Of a DNA stretch of 64,000 nt, positions 1-10,200 are shown piece after piece. The stretch is from an uncultured Gemmatimonadales bacterium (GTDB lineage: Bacteria; Gemmatimonadota; Gemmatimonadetes; Gemmatimonadales; GWC2-71-9). Position numbers and translations under genes: made by a program. Under the pieces are notes generated by a model. The model searched no databases. It was not told the origin of the DNA and saw only the letters and a program-made list of their open reading frames with translations. Numbering within the stretch: position 1 is the first letter of the stretch; every line of letters starts with the position of its first letter. The DNA lies in the NCBI GenBank assembly GCA_963779755.1, contig CAVZZO010000003.1:1312001-1376000 (forward strand), in the 5' to 3' direction.

Positions 1-20
1 CGAGTGGGCAGAGGGGGCGG

Positions 21-60
21 AAATAAGAAGAGGGCGGCAGATGGTAAATCTACCGCCCTC
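21..60 (-). terminator. Rho-independent terminator downstream of the first DUF4382-like gene
   Basis: Minus strand reads GAGGGCGGTAGAT-TTACC-ATCTGCCGCCCTC followed by TTCTTATTT. Confidence 0.7.
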
Positions 61-83
61 CCCCTCTCTGCCGCCTGCGGGCC

Positions 84-1010
84 CTAGTTCGCCGCGGTCA
101 GGCTCAGATCGGTCGTGACCGACTGGCCGCTCACCACCGTGACGGTGGCGGGCAGCGCCGGATCGGTGGTCACCGAGGTGACGCCCGCCGGCAGGGCCAG
201 ATCCAGCGAATAGTCGCCCGAGGGCTTGAAGCCGAACGAGGCTTCGAAAGTCCCGTCCTGATTGTCGTCGCTGAACCGGACGGTATCGGCGGTATTGTCG
301 CCCGCAGTGAGCACCGCGGCGAGGTCCGAGAGCAACGCCCCGCCGGGCAGGGTGACGCCGGAAGCGGCCGTCAGGGTGACGGTAGCGCTTCCGGTGGTGG
401 TGAAATCGGCCCCGGTGATGACCGGGTGCATCACCCACATGCCCGACTGCCCCGCCTGGTGGCCGAAGCTCTGAGCCACGTTGAAATCCACCAGCAGAAT
501 GCGGGTGCCGCCGTCGGGCACCGTCAGTGCATCGCCGGGCAGCGTGACCTTGAGCCCCGACTGGCCCAGACTGGGGGCCTGGAGCGTGCCGTCCACCTGG
601 GCGCCCGGCGGCAGGCCCTCATAGGTGGGGCTGGTGGCATAAAGGCTGGACGTGCCGTCACCGTTATCCACCTGGAGGTAGGCGCCGGTGACCACGAAAC
701 GCAGCTGGCTGTAACTGCCGGCGGGCACCACGACATCTTCGACCAAGCTGCCGGTGCTGTCGGCCAGCGTGAGCAGGTCGGTCGTCACGGCGGTGTCACT
801 CAGCACCACCTGGCCGCTGTCGCCCTGCAGATAGATCTTCGAAATGGTCACCACCGCCGCCTGGACGTCGCCCGGCGCATCGGTCAGGAGCACGGAGACC
901 TTCCCGCTGCCGGACGGAGCGGTGCTGTCGCTGCTGCTGCAGCCCGAGAGGAGCGCGGCGGCGCCAACCAGTAACGCGCTCCAGGTTCGAAGCGTTCCAA
1001 TCATTCGCAT
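84..1010 (-). CDS. DUF4382-like domain lipoprotein
   Basis: Lipobox LLSGC; LLTDAP motif and LVDFNVAQS...HPVI segment; start moved to ATG at 1010 (MRMIG...). Confidence 0.75.
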   Translation of the reverse strand: MRMIGTLRTWSALLVGAAALLSGCSSSDSTAPSGSGKVSVLLTDAPGDVQAAVVTISKIYLQGDSGQVVLSDTAVTTDLLTLADSTGSLVEDVVVPAGSYSQLRFVVTGAYLQVDNGDGTSSLYATSPTYEGLPPGAQVDGTLQAPSLGQSGLKVTLPGDALTVPDGGTRILLVDFNVAQSFGHQAGQSGMWVMHPVITGADFTTTGSATVTLTAASGVTLPGGALLSDLAAVLTAGDNTADTVRFSDDNQDGTFEASFGFKPSGDYSLDLALPAGVTSVTTDPALPATVTVVSGQSVTTDLSLTAAN

Positions 1011-1240
1011 GGTAGTCCTGAGCTGAGGTAAGGTGTCAGAGATTGCCACGCCACGGATGCCGCGGCGTTCGATACCTTACTCTCCCGCCGGGGCGCGCCA
1101 CTGTGACGAATCCCACACCCGGAAGCGCAAGTTGTTGCGTGATTGTCCAGAAAATGTCGGCGCGACGTGGCACGCGGCCGCGGCAACCGCAGTGTATCGC
1201 GTGTGCCGCGGCCTCGAGCTCTCCACTGCAGCTTTCCGCG

Positions 1241-2158
1241 CTAGTTGGCGCCGGTCAGGCCGAATGACGCGGTGGACGACTGCCCGCTCACGATCGTGAG
1301 CGTGGCGGGGAGCGCCGGGCTGGTGGTCACGGCGGTGAGCCCTTCGGGCAGTTTCAGGTCGAGCGAGTAGTTGCCCGGGGGGAGGTAGGGGAAGGTCGCC
1401 TCGAACGTCCCGTCCTGGTTGGCGTCGCTGAACGCGGCGGAGGATGTCGTGCTGTCGCCGGCTGTCAGCACCGCCTGCAGATCGGTCATGCCGGCGCCGC
1501 CGGGAAGCACCACGCCCGAGTCGGGCGTGACGGTTACCTTCGCGTTCCCCGTCAGTGTCATGTCCGAGCCCTTGATCACCGGGAGCAGGACCCACTGTCC
1601 CGAGCCGGTCTGGTGGCCGAAGCTCTGGGAGACGTCGAAGTCCACCAGCAGGATCCGGGCACCTCCCTCTGGCACGGCCAGGGAATCGTCGGGCATCAGG
1701 ACCTTGAGCCCGGATTCGGTCAGGCTGGGCGCCAGCAGCGTGCCGTCCACCTGGGCGCCGGGCGGCAGCCCGGCATAGCCGGCGCTGGTGGCGTAGATGC
1801 TGGAGGTGCCGTCGCCGTTATCCACCCTGATGTAAGCGCCCGTGATCACGAAACGGAGCTGCTCATACACGCCGGCGGGAATATCGACCTCATGGACCAG
1901 GTTCTGGGTGGTGTGGGAAAGCGTGATGAGATCGGTGGTGACCGCCTGGTTTCGCAGCATCGCCTGGGTGATCTCGGATTGCAGATAGATCCTCGAAATG
2001 GTGACCACTGCCGCCTGAACGTCGCCCGGCGCATCGGTCAGGAGCAACGAAATCTTGCCGGTGCCGGCGGTCCCCGTGCTGTCGCTGCAGCCGGAGAGCA
2101 GAACCAGGACCGCGCCCAGCAGCGCCGTCCGGCTCCGGAAGAGTTGACTCAGTCGCAT
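1241..2158 (-). CDS. DUF4382-like domain lipoprotein (tandem paralog)
   Basis: Lipobox LLSGC; LLTDAPGDVQAAVVTIS identical to the neighbouring gene; start at ATG 2158. Confidence 0.75.
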   Translation of the reverse strand: MRLSQLFRSRTALLGAVLVLLSGCSDSTGTAGTGKISLLLTDAPGDVQAAVVTISRIYLQSEITQAMLRNQAVTTDLITLSHTTQNLVHEVDIPAGVYEQLRFVITGAYIRVDNGDGTSSIYATSAGYAGLPPGAQVDGTLLAPSLTESGLKVLMPDDSLAVPEGGARILLVDFDVSQSFGHQTGSGQWVLLPVIKGSDMTLTGNAKVTVTPDSGVVLPGGAGMTDLQAVLTAGDSTTSSAAFSDANQDGTFEATFPYLPPGNYSLDLKLPEGLTAVTTSPALPATLTIVSGQSSTASFGLTGAN

Positions 2159-2329
2159 ATAAGCCGTCCCTGCTGGGGTGATCCCTGTGACCGCGCCTCC
2201 GCTGGCATGGAAGGGCGCATGGGTCAAGCTAGGATTTACACCCGGAAGAACCGGGAACGATTCGCATGAAACCGTTCTTGGGACCGGCTCACCTTTCCCT
2301 CAGAGTATCCTCCCCGGGCCGGCCCGGCC

Positions 2330-2602
2330 TCAGCCCTCCACGCTTCTCCCCGCCGCCAGGTTGTAGACCCAGGCGAGCACCACCCCGGCGACCGCCCCGT
2401 CCACCAGGGCGTAGAGAGTCACGACAATCACCGAGCCAAAGCCGGCGCCGGGGCCCTGGTATCCGGGATAGAGGGACTGGCCCAACTGCAGCCAGGCGGC
2501 ACCGTAGCCCGGCCAGATCAGGTTGGCGATGCCGGTCAGAAAGAAACAGCCGCCCCATAGAATGGCGGCGGCCCACGCAGCACCTCGGATGCTCAATCTC
2601 AT
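2330..2602 (-). CDS. Small 2-TM membrane protein (90 aa), resembles the 'bacteriophage holin'-annotated small membrane family
   Basis: RBS GAGGGAGG; two hydrophobic helices; YPGY...DG...LAWVYN pattern. Confidence 0.6.
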   Translation of the reverse strand: MRLSIRGAAWAAAILWGGCFFLTGIANLIWPGYGAAWLQLGQSLYPGYQGPGAGFGSVIVVTLYALVDGAVAGVVLAWVYNLAAGRSVEG

Positions 2603-2623
2603 GAGTTCCTCCCTCAAGACGGT

Positions 2624-2685
2624 AGGACGGCAAGGCGGCAAGGCGGCAAGACGGCCAGACGGCAGGGCAGCAGGGCGGCAAGCAA
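2624..2685. repeat. Degenerate 8-bp tandem repeat (GGCAAGAC/GGCAGGGC)
   Basis: About 7 degenerate units between thiI and the small membrane gene. Confidence 0.7.
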
Positions 2686-2721
2686 GGGAGAAGGTTTCCT
2701 GATCCGCACAGTCGGCAGTCC

Positions 2722-4227
2722 TCAGTCCTTTACAATCTGCCCGCCGATCCATCCGGCGGCTGTCGTCTCACCTGAGTGCTCCACCAGCCGCCGCAGCTCA
2801 CGGACGCCGCCCTCGAAGGCGTACGCCTCGTAACCATCCCGTTGCATCAGCTCGGCCACCAGCGCCGACTGCACGCCGAAGCTGCAGTAGAGCACATAGC
2901 GCGCCGACTTCTCCAGCTTGCGGAAGTGGGTGGCCAGTTCGCTCAGGTCCCGGCGGACCGCCCCGGGATAGTGCCAGTTCTGGAAGTAGTGCGGCTCCCG
3001 GCAATCCAGCACTACCGTATCGCCTCCGAGCTCATGGGTGAAGAGATAGGGCCGCACCAGGTCGGACGGCTGGAGCGCGCGGAGATCCAGCACCCGGAGG
3101 CCGGCCAGTGCCTCCTGGAGCGGCGCGGGGTCCATGCACGCGTCCTGCTCCTCGGCCGCCTCGGGGGTACAGCGGGTGACCGGTCGGTCGCGGCCCAGAG
3201 CGCAGTACTCCCGGATGTGGGCGCTCAGGGCGGCGGTGCCCACCTGCCCGGCGCGCTCGATGATCTCGTTCTTGTCCAGCCCCACCAGCGGCCGCAGCAG
3301 CGGCAGCGAGACGCTGGTTTCGATGGCCCGCAGGTTGTGCAGCGTCTGCGAGCTGACCTGCCCCAGCGACTCGCCGGTGACAATCGCCTCGGCGCCGAGC
3401 GCGGTGGCCACGGATTCGGCGGCGCGATAGAAAAGCCGCTTCAGCACCACCTGCCAGAAGCGCGGCTCCACGGTACGGCGCAGCTCGTCCACCACCGGGC
3501 CGAACTCCAGCACGCGAATGGCCGGCCGGTAGCCGAACGACCAGCGTTCCGCCAGGACCTTCGCCACCGAAACGACCGACCGCTCGTAGGCTTCGCCGCC
3601 GAGATTGCAGAAGACGTATTCCAGCGCGACGCCGCGCTTGAGCATGAGCCAGGCCGCCACGGCGGAATCGAACCCGCCGGAGATGAGACAGACCGCCCTG
3701 CCCTCCACGCCCAGCGGCAGCCCCCCCGGTCCGGGGACCCTGGTGCTGTAGAACAGCGCCTCCTGCCCCCGCAGCTCCACGGTGACGGTGACATCCGGAT
3801 GGTCCAGATCGACGTCGCCGTAACGATCCAGCGCCGCCCCCAGCTGAACCATGATCTCGGTGGTGCCGAAGCCATAGCGCCCGTCGCGCCGGGCCCGCAC
3901 CGCGAACATGCGGTCGCGCACCCGCTCCGCGTACAGCGCTTCGCCCGTCCGTACGATCTCTTCCAGCACCGGCGCGCAGCGGGCTTCCACCACCGAAAGC
4001 GAGGACACCCCGAAGACCGCCCGCAGGTGCTGGGCGGCGGTTTCGGGATCCGGAGTCTCCACCATGATCCGGCTCCAGCGGTCCTCGATATGGGCCGGAA
4101 TACCGGCCGAGGCCAGGCAGTCCCGCAGGTTGGCGGCGAGCCGCTCCTGAAACCGGCGGCGGGTCCGGCGGCTCTTGGTGGCGATTTCGGGTGCCACCCG
4201 GATGAGGAGAAGGCCGGGCGAGGGCAT
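2722..4227 (-). CDS. thiI: tRNA 4-thiouridine sulfurtransferase ThiI with THUMP, PP-loop and C-terminal rhodanese domains
   Basis: PGPGGLPLG, SGGFDS, TGESLGQVSSQTL, REYC and rhodanese VLYCSFGVQS motifs; start ATG 4227. Confidence 0.93.
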   Translation of the reverse strand: MPSPGLLLIRVAPEIATKSRRTRRRFQERLAANLRDCLASAGIPAHIEDRWSRIMVETPDPETAAQHLRAVFGVSSLSVVEARCAPVLEEIVRTGEALYAERVRDRMFAVRARRDGRYGFGTTEIMVQLGAALDRYGDVDLDHPDVTVTVELRGQEALFYSTRVPGPGGLPLGVEGRAVCLISGGFDSAVAAWLMLKRGVALEYVFCNLGGEAYERSVVSVAKVLAERWSFGYRPAIRVLEFGPVVDELRRTVEPRFWQVVLKRLFYRAAESVATALGAEAIVTGESLGQVSSQTLHNLRAIETSVSLPLLRPLVGLDKNEIIERAGQVGTAALSAHIREYCALGRDRPVTRCTPEAAEEQDACMDPAPLQEALAGLRVLDLRALQPSDLVRPYLFTHELGGDTVVLDCREPHYFQNWHYPGAVRRDLSELATHFRKLEKSARYVLYCSFGVQSALVAELMQRDGYEAYAFEGGVRELRRLVEHSGETTAAGWIGGQIVKD

Positions 4228-4238
4228 AAAGGAAAGAA

Positions 4239-4299
4239 GGCGGCAGGACGGCAGGACGGCAAGACGGCAGGACGGCAGGACGGCAGGACGGCAGGACGG
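4239..4299. repeat. 8-bp tandem repeat (GGCAGGAC) x~7
   Basis: Directly visible in the thiI-efp divergent intergenic region. Confidence 0.9.
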
Positions 4300-4400
4300 T
4301 CGCGCGGGAGGGGCCGACTGCCTATCTTTCGCGCCCTTGGCAGGGATCGCCGGTGCGCGGTCCCTCGACACTCGATCCTTTCGACCCTCACGACGACCGA

Positions 4401-4958
4401 ATGAAAGCTTCCGATATCCGCCGCGGACATGTGATCATGTTCGGTGGTCATCCCTGCCGCGTGATGGACTTTACCCATCGCACCCCGGGCAACCTGCGCG
4501 CGTTCGTGCAGGCCCGGATGCGGGACCTGACCACCGGGAACACCTTCGACCACCGCTTCAGCGCCACCGAGTTCGTCGACGAGGCACGGCTGGACACCAA
4601 GGAGCTGCAGGTGCTCTACCGTGACGCCTCCGGCGTGCATGTCATGGACCAGCAGACCTTCGACCAGTACATGCTGGACGAAGAGACCACCGGCGACCAG
4701 GGCACCTGGCTGGAGCCGGGGATGAACTTCCAGGCCGAGTTCCTGGAGGGGCGGCCCATCGCCATCATGCTGCCCTCGGTCATCGAGCTGGAAGTGGTGG
4801 AGACGGCGCCGGTCATGAAGACCGCCACCAAGACGGCCAGCACCAAGCCGGCCAAGCTGAGCAACGGCGTCACCGTCCAGGTGCCGGAGTTCATTCCCGA
4901 AGGCGAGCGTGTCCGGGTGAACCCGGCCACGGGCGAGTATCTGGAGCGGGCCAAGTAG
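4401..4958 (+). CDS. efp: Elongation factor P (PGNLRA loop variant)
   Basis: 185 aa; KPAKLSNG...VPEFI..GE.VRVNP.TGEYLERA C-terminal signature. Confidence 0.95.
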   Translation: MKASDIRRGHVIMFGGHPCRVMDFTHRTPGNLRAFVQARMRDLTTGNTFDHRFSATEFVDEARLDTKELQVLYRDASGVHVMDQQTFDQYMLDEETTGDQGTWLEPGMNFQAEFLEGRPIAIMLPSVIELEVVETAPVMKTATKTASTKPAKLSNGVTVQVPEFIPEGERVRVNPATGEYLERAK

Positions 4959-5000
4959 GAGTGGGCAGAGTGGGCAGAATGGACAGAACAGAAGGTGCAC

Positions 5001-5036
5001 AAAAAGCGACCGCCCGGCTCCTCGAGTCGGGCGGTC
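5001..5036 (-). terminator. Rho-independent terminator
   Basis: Minus strand GACCGCCCGACTC-GAG-GAGCCGGGCGGTC-GC-TTTTT. Confidence 0.8.
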
Positions 5037-5145
5037 TGGCATCGGGCGAATGGACTTTGGCGTCCACTCTCAGGAGGCCGGCTTGTTGCCGAGCCCCGTA
5101 GGTCCAGACTTCCCCCTACTAACTGCCCGGTGCCGTAGCTCACCT
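5001..5145 (-). ncRNA. Candidate standalone structured small RNA (four-way junction), family unassigned
   Basis: Upstream TTGCCG-N17-TACCTT; closing stem GGCACCGGGC/GCCCGATGCC with three internal hairpins; ends in a terminator. Confidence 0.5.
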
Positions 5146-5152
5146 GAAAAGA

Positions 5153-5181
5153 AAGGTATTATCCACTGCATGAAGCGGCAA
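5153..5181 (-). promoter_or_regulatory. Putative sigma-70 promoter of the candidate sRNA
   Basis: TTGCCG (5181-5176), 17-bp spacer, TACCTT (5158-5153). Confidence 0.5.
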
Positions 5182-5209
5182 GGAAGCGCGAATGAAAAGA
5201 CGCCACACC

Positions 5210-6448
5210 CTAGGTCTTCCCACTCTGCCCACTCTGCGAAAGAATGGTCGCCGCCACCATCGTGCCCGTCACATTAGCCGTGGTTCGGAACATGTCGGGG
5301 ATGGTATCCACGCCCAGCAGGATACCCAGCCCCTGCGCCGGAATGCCGACCGAGCTGAGCAGCGGCAGCATGATGAGAATGCTCCCGCCCGGGACGCCGG
5401 GGATGCTGAAGGTGAGGAGAATGGTCGTGATCCCCACGGTCAGCAGCTGCGCCGCCGAGAGCTCGATCCCGTAGAGCCGCGCCAGGAACAGGATGCCCAC
5501 CGGCAGCCCTACCGTGCCGCCCAGCCGGAAGGTAGAAGCGGAGATGGGCAGGAAGAGATCGCGAATGGCCGGGGGGAAGCCCAGCTGCCGCTCCCCCTCC
5601 TCCATCATGGTGGGAAGCGCCGCCAGGGATGAGCGCCCGCTGAAGGCGATCGCCTGGGCGGGCGCGGCGCCCCGCGCAAACCGGACGGGCGAGACCCGCG
5701 CCGCCAGGGCCACCACCGGATAGAGCAGCACGAGAATGAGCATGGTCAGCCCAACCACCACGCCGATATACCAGGCGACCGCCTCGAGCGTGCGGAAGCC
5801 CAGGTGAGCCGCGAGGGGCAACGCCAGGGCAAAGACGCCGATCGGCGCCAGCTCGAGCAGCCAGCGTACCAGCGTCAGCATGGCGGTGAACACGGCGCGG
5901 GTGAACCGGATCACCAGCTCCGACTGCTCGGCGGGGATGCGGCTCACGGCCAGGCCGGCGGCGATGGAGAACACGATGAGCGGGAGCAGCGCACCATCCG
6001 CCGCCGATTTCACCACGTTGGTGGGAATGAGGGCTACCAGCCACTGGCGCAGATCGGGCAGGCCGGTGGCCGGCGGTGCGGCGGCCGCGCCGGCGCTGGC
6101 GCGCAGGGCCTGGGCCGCCTCGGGCACCAGATGGAACCCGCGGAGCAGCAGGGGGCCCAGCGTCAGAGTGAGAGCCGTCCCGCCGGCAAGAAGCAGGACG
6201 AAAATCGCCAGGCTCTGCCAGCCGAGCCGGCCCAGCTGCCGGCTCTCCCGGCTGGAGCCGGCGCCGGCAATGAGGCCCGAGACCACCAGCGGGATGATGG
6301 TCATGCGCAGCGCATTGATCCAGAGCGTGCCCAGCGGCTCGATCCAGCGCACGGCGCCGTCCAGCGCGGGCTGATGGGCCAGCGAGACCAGGATACCTGC
6401 CACCAGTCCGGCGACCAGGCCCAGCACCACACGCACGGTAAGGGACAT
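5210..6448 (-). CDS. Dicarboxylate/amino acid:cation symporter (DAACS family)
   Basis: Multiple TM helices; AFSGRSSLAALP, PGVPGG and DMFRTTANVTG motifs. Confidence 0.9.
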   Translation of the reverse strand: MSLTVRVVLGLVAGLVAGILVSLAHQPALDGAVRWIEPLGTLWINALRMTIIPLVVSGLIAGAGSSRESRQLGRLGWQSLAIFVLLLAGGTALTLTLGPLLLRGFHLVPEAAQALRASAGAAAAPPATGLPDLRQWLVALIPTNVVKSAADGALLPLIVFSIAAGLAVSRIPAEQSELVIRFTRAVFTAMLTLVRWLLELAPIGVFALALPLAAHLGFRTLEAVAWYIGVVVGLTMLILVLLYPVVALAARVSPVRFARGAAPAQAIAFSGRSSLAALPTMMEEGERQLGFPPAIRDLFLPISASTFRLGGTVGLPVGILFLARLYGIELSAAQLLTVGITTILLTFSIPGVPGGSILIMLPLLSSVGIPAQGLGILLGVDTIPDMFRTTANVTGTMVAATILSQSGQSGKT

Positions 6449-6459
6449 GGAGGCGCGCC

Positions 6460-7233
6460 TCAGCGCTCGCCCAGGATCGGCTGGCGTCTGGGCCCGCGGG
6501 CGAAATCGGGCGCATGGACCTCGGCGCTGTGCCGGATAGCTTCGATTGCCAGATCGCAGGAATCGGTGGCCGTGAGCAGACCGATATCGTCTTCGCCGAT
6601 GGTAGCTTCGGGCACCAGGCTGCGCTCCAGGAAATCGAGCATCGGCCGCCAGTAGTCCACACCCATCAGGATGATGGGAAAGACTTTCATCTTGCCGGTC
6701 TGCGCCAGCGTGAGCGATTCGAACAGCTCATCCAGCGTCCCGAAGCCGCCGGGCATGACCACGAAGGCGATGCTGTACTTGACCAGCATCACCTTGCGCA
6801 CGAAGAAGTGCCGGAAGGTGATGAACCGGTCCACGTAGGGATTGGGCTTCTGCTCCTGGGGCAGCTCGATGTTGCAGCCGAGGGACCGGCCTCCGGCCTC
6901 CTGCGCCCCGCGGTTGGCCGCCTCCATGATGCCGGGACCGCCGCCGGTCATGACGGTCAGGCCGGTGCCCGCAATGCGGCCGCCCATCTCGCGGGCCAGC
7001 TGATAATAGCGATGGCCTTCCTGAAAGCGCGCGCTGCCGAACACGGTAACGCAGGGCCCCACGAAATGCAGCGCCCGGAAGCCGTGAATGAACTCCCGGG
7101 CGATTCGGCCGACGTGGCCGAGCTCGCTGAGCCGCGAACGCGGCCCCACCAGCCAGTCGCGCACCTCGTCGGTGAGGGGCTCGGGCACGAGGCGGTCCAG
7201 CAGCGAGCCCGGTTCCGGCTCGGGATTGCTCAT
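6460..7233 (-). CDS. LOG family / TIGR00730 Rossmann-fold nucleotide phosphoribohydrolase
   Basis: VFGSAR, TGGGPGIMEAAN, PGGFGTLDE motifs; ATG 7233 overlaps the upstream stop (ATGA). Confidence 0.9.
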   Translation of the reverse strand: MSNPEPEPGSLLDRLVPEPLTDEVRDWLVGPRSRLSELGHVGRIAREFIHGFRALHFVGPCVTVFGSARFQEGHRYYQLAREMGGRIAGTGLTVMTGGGPGIMEAANRGAQEAGGRSLGCNIELPQEQKPNPYVDRFITFRHFFVRKVMLVKYSIAFVVMPGGFGTLDELFESLTLAQTGKMKVFPIILMGVDYWRPMLDFLERSLVPEATIGEDDIGLLTATDSCDLAIEAIRHSAEVHAPDFARGPRRQPILGER

Positions 7234-10200
7234 GCGGGGCTCTCCCCTTTCCGGACGGCACCGGGGCACCATCCCGGCCGGCGATAGCCGCAGAAACGGC
7301 ACTCGTGCGGGTGGTCCGTCAGGGCCGGTGCTCCCCCACCCAGCCGCTCCAGCCAGGTCCGGAGGCGCGCCGCCATCTCCCCACGCGCCGCAGCGTCGAG
7401 CTCCTCGGAGACCTGCACCCCGGCGCGCGAGAACTGAAAAGCGAACCGGCCCACCGGCAGGCCCGCCAGGGCCTGGGCGCTGCTGACGTAGACGTCCCGC
7501 TGCGGCGCATACTGGCGCGCCTTCGCCGCCGCCCCCGTCTCATCGCAACGGCTGGTCTTCACGTCGAGCAACACCAGATGGTCGCCCTCGGGGGCCGCCA
7601 GGTCGATGGCCCCCTGAAAGACGATCGCGGGCCCGTCCAGCCGCAAGAAGGGAAGCTCCCGCCGGCTGCCCGGCAGATCGTCCACCGCCCGGTAGGCCGG
7701 GTTCTCCGATACCAGGGTGATCTCTTCCCGTAACGCGCGGCGGGACGCCTCGCCCTGGGGACTGTCGGGCGGCGGATGATCTTCATCCCACCGGCCGATG
7801 GCGTCTGCCAGCAGCTGGTCCAGCTCGTCCTCCACCCGCAGGTGCTCCAGCACATCGTGCACGATGAGGCCGCGGGTCACCGCATCCAGGAACTCCGGCG
7901 TGCCCCGGTCCACCTCCGGCTCGCGCACGCCGAGGACGTACTTGAACCAGTGGCGGGTCTGGCAGCGGCTCCACACCAGGAATTCGCTGGCGGAATGGCG
8001 GCCGCGGCCCACGGGTCCCGCGACTGGCTCCAGCGGGCCCGCCAGGCTCGCGGGGTCGCCCAGCGGGGCCGGCTCCGGCTCAGCCCCGGCCTTCGCGGCC
8101 GCGCCTCGAGCCAGGTGCACCACCGCCTGAACCGGGCTGGCTCCCAGCCCGACGCTGAGCGCCTGGCCGTCTTCCCACGGCGTCCCGGGAAGTACCGACA
8201 GCAGCTGCCTGGAGGGGTCGGTTCCCCCGCCCTTCCGCTTGCCGAGGGCCAGGCCGGAAATCACCAGCCGGCGCCGGGCACGGGTCGCCGCCACGTACCA
8301 CAGACGCCGCGCCTCGGCCTGCTCCTCGGCTTCGATAGCCTGCTGGATGTCCTGCCACTCCTGGGGCGCGTCGCGGGACCGGACCTCGGGCGACTTGAGC
8401 GCCAGACGGTCGCGTCCCACCAGCAGGTCCTGCCGCGAGGAGACGCCGACCTGCCGGGTGAGATCGCACCAGAAGACGACGTCCCACTCCAGTCCCTTGG
8501 CCGAATGAATGGACGTGAGGGTGACGACGTCGTCTCTGTCGCCGTGCAGCGGCGCGTCGCCCACGCGATCGTGACGCCCCCGCATGTCGCGGATCGCCTG
8601 CAGAAACTCTCCCAGGCCGCCCTGGCGCGCCCCCCGCGCCATCCGCACGAACTTGCGCAGGTTGGCGATCGCCTGCGCCCGGCCCTCGCCCAGCAGCGCC
8701 AGGTGGGCGACGTAGCCGCTGGCGTCCAGCAGCGCCTGCAGCAGCTCGTCCGGCGGCAGCCGGTCGCGCAGCGCGGCGAACTGTTCCAGCAAGGCGGTAC
8801 CTTCCCGGAGCCGCTCCGCCTCGCCCACCGTAACCGCGCCCAGGTGGCGCCACACCGGCGAGCGCGCCTGGCGGGCGATATCCAGCAGGGTCTCGTCCCG
8901 CAGGCCCACGAAGGGGCTGCGGAGAAAGCCCATGACCGCCCGGTCGTCGGACGGGTCGCGGATGGCCTCGAGCGCCACGATTAGATCGACGACCTCGCGC
9001 CGCTGGAAAAACCCTTCGGTCCGCAGGAGGTAGGTGCGCGCCCCTACCCGTTGGAGCGCCTCCTGGAAGAGGTCCACCGATCCCCAGCTGGTAAAGAGCA
9101 GCGCCATGTCGCCCCAGCGCACGCCTTCTTCGTGGTGCAGCGCACGGGCGCGCCGCGCCACGGCCTCGGCTTCGATCATCCGGACGACGTCGGTGCGGGG
9201 CGCCTCACCCTCGGCATCGGGCGGCACGGCGATGAGCTCCACCGGAAGGCCGCCCTGCTGTTCGCTGGTGCCGGGATGCAGGGGCTCGAACGGGACTTCG
9301 AAGTCGCGCAGGGCCTCGCCCTCCAGCGGGCGGTCCAGCAGCCGGCCCAGGGTGCTCTCTACAAACCCGAGGATGGATGCGGTGCTCCGGAAGTTCTCGG
9401 TCAGCGGCAGCACCAGGCCCGTCTCGTCCTGCCGGAAATCCCGCTCCACCGCGCGCCACACGGTGACATCGGCCCGGCGGAACCGGTAAATGCTCTGCTT
9501 GGCGTCCCCCACCAGGAGCAGCCGGGTCGTGTCGGCCCGGCGGGAGGCGGGTTCGCCGAGCAGGTAGGCGATCTCGCGCTGCACCGGGTCGACGTCCTGG
9601 AACTCGTCCACGATGAGCGTATGAATCCGGCGCTGCAGCATGCGGCGCGCCGCGATATCGTCGCGCAGCAGGTCGCGGGTCCAGACGATCATCCGGTCGA
9701 AGTCCACCGCGCCGCGCTCTTCCAGGCGGGTGATCAGCCGGCCCACCGCCTCGCGGGCCAGCGCCAGCAGCGCCTGGGCGCCTTCGTCGCCGGCGCTCGC
9801 CGGCTGGAGCTGCTGCAGCCGGTCCGATTCGGCGAGCAGCGCGGCCACATAGTCCAGCACCTTCGACACGGGATGCTCGGCCAGCAGGGCGCCGAGTCCC
9901 GGCGTGGTGTCGCTGTCCAGGGCGTCCAGCAGCGTCTCCCGGGCCACGTCCGAGGCCAGCGCCGCCGCGATCCCCTCCTCCAGTACCTCACCCACCGGCG
10001 GCCGCCCCCGCCGCAGCGCGAACTCCCGCAGCACCTCGCCGCAGAAACGGTGGATGGTACCGATCCGGGCGGTATCCACCTCCCAGGCCACCTCCGGCCG
10101 GCCGGCCTGGCGCAGCGCGTCGCGCAGTTTTTCCTGGAGGTCGGCCGCCGCGCGGTTGGTAAAGGTGATGGCCGCCAGCCGGCGGAGCGGGAGCGGCTGG

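Noticed and set aside
2330..2602. Prophage lysis module suggested by the holin-like protein
   Set aside because: No endolysin, structural or integrase genes nearby; housekeeping context
5038..5134. tRNA, SAM or c-di-GMP riboswitch identity for the structured RNA
   Set aside because: No TTC T-loop or 7-nt anticodon loop; only fragmentary motif resemblance; no downstream gene on the same strand to regulate
4616..5143. 175-aa minus-strand ORF across the candidate sRNA
   Set aside because: Runs through the terminator and antisense into efp; no recognisable domain
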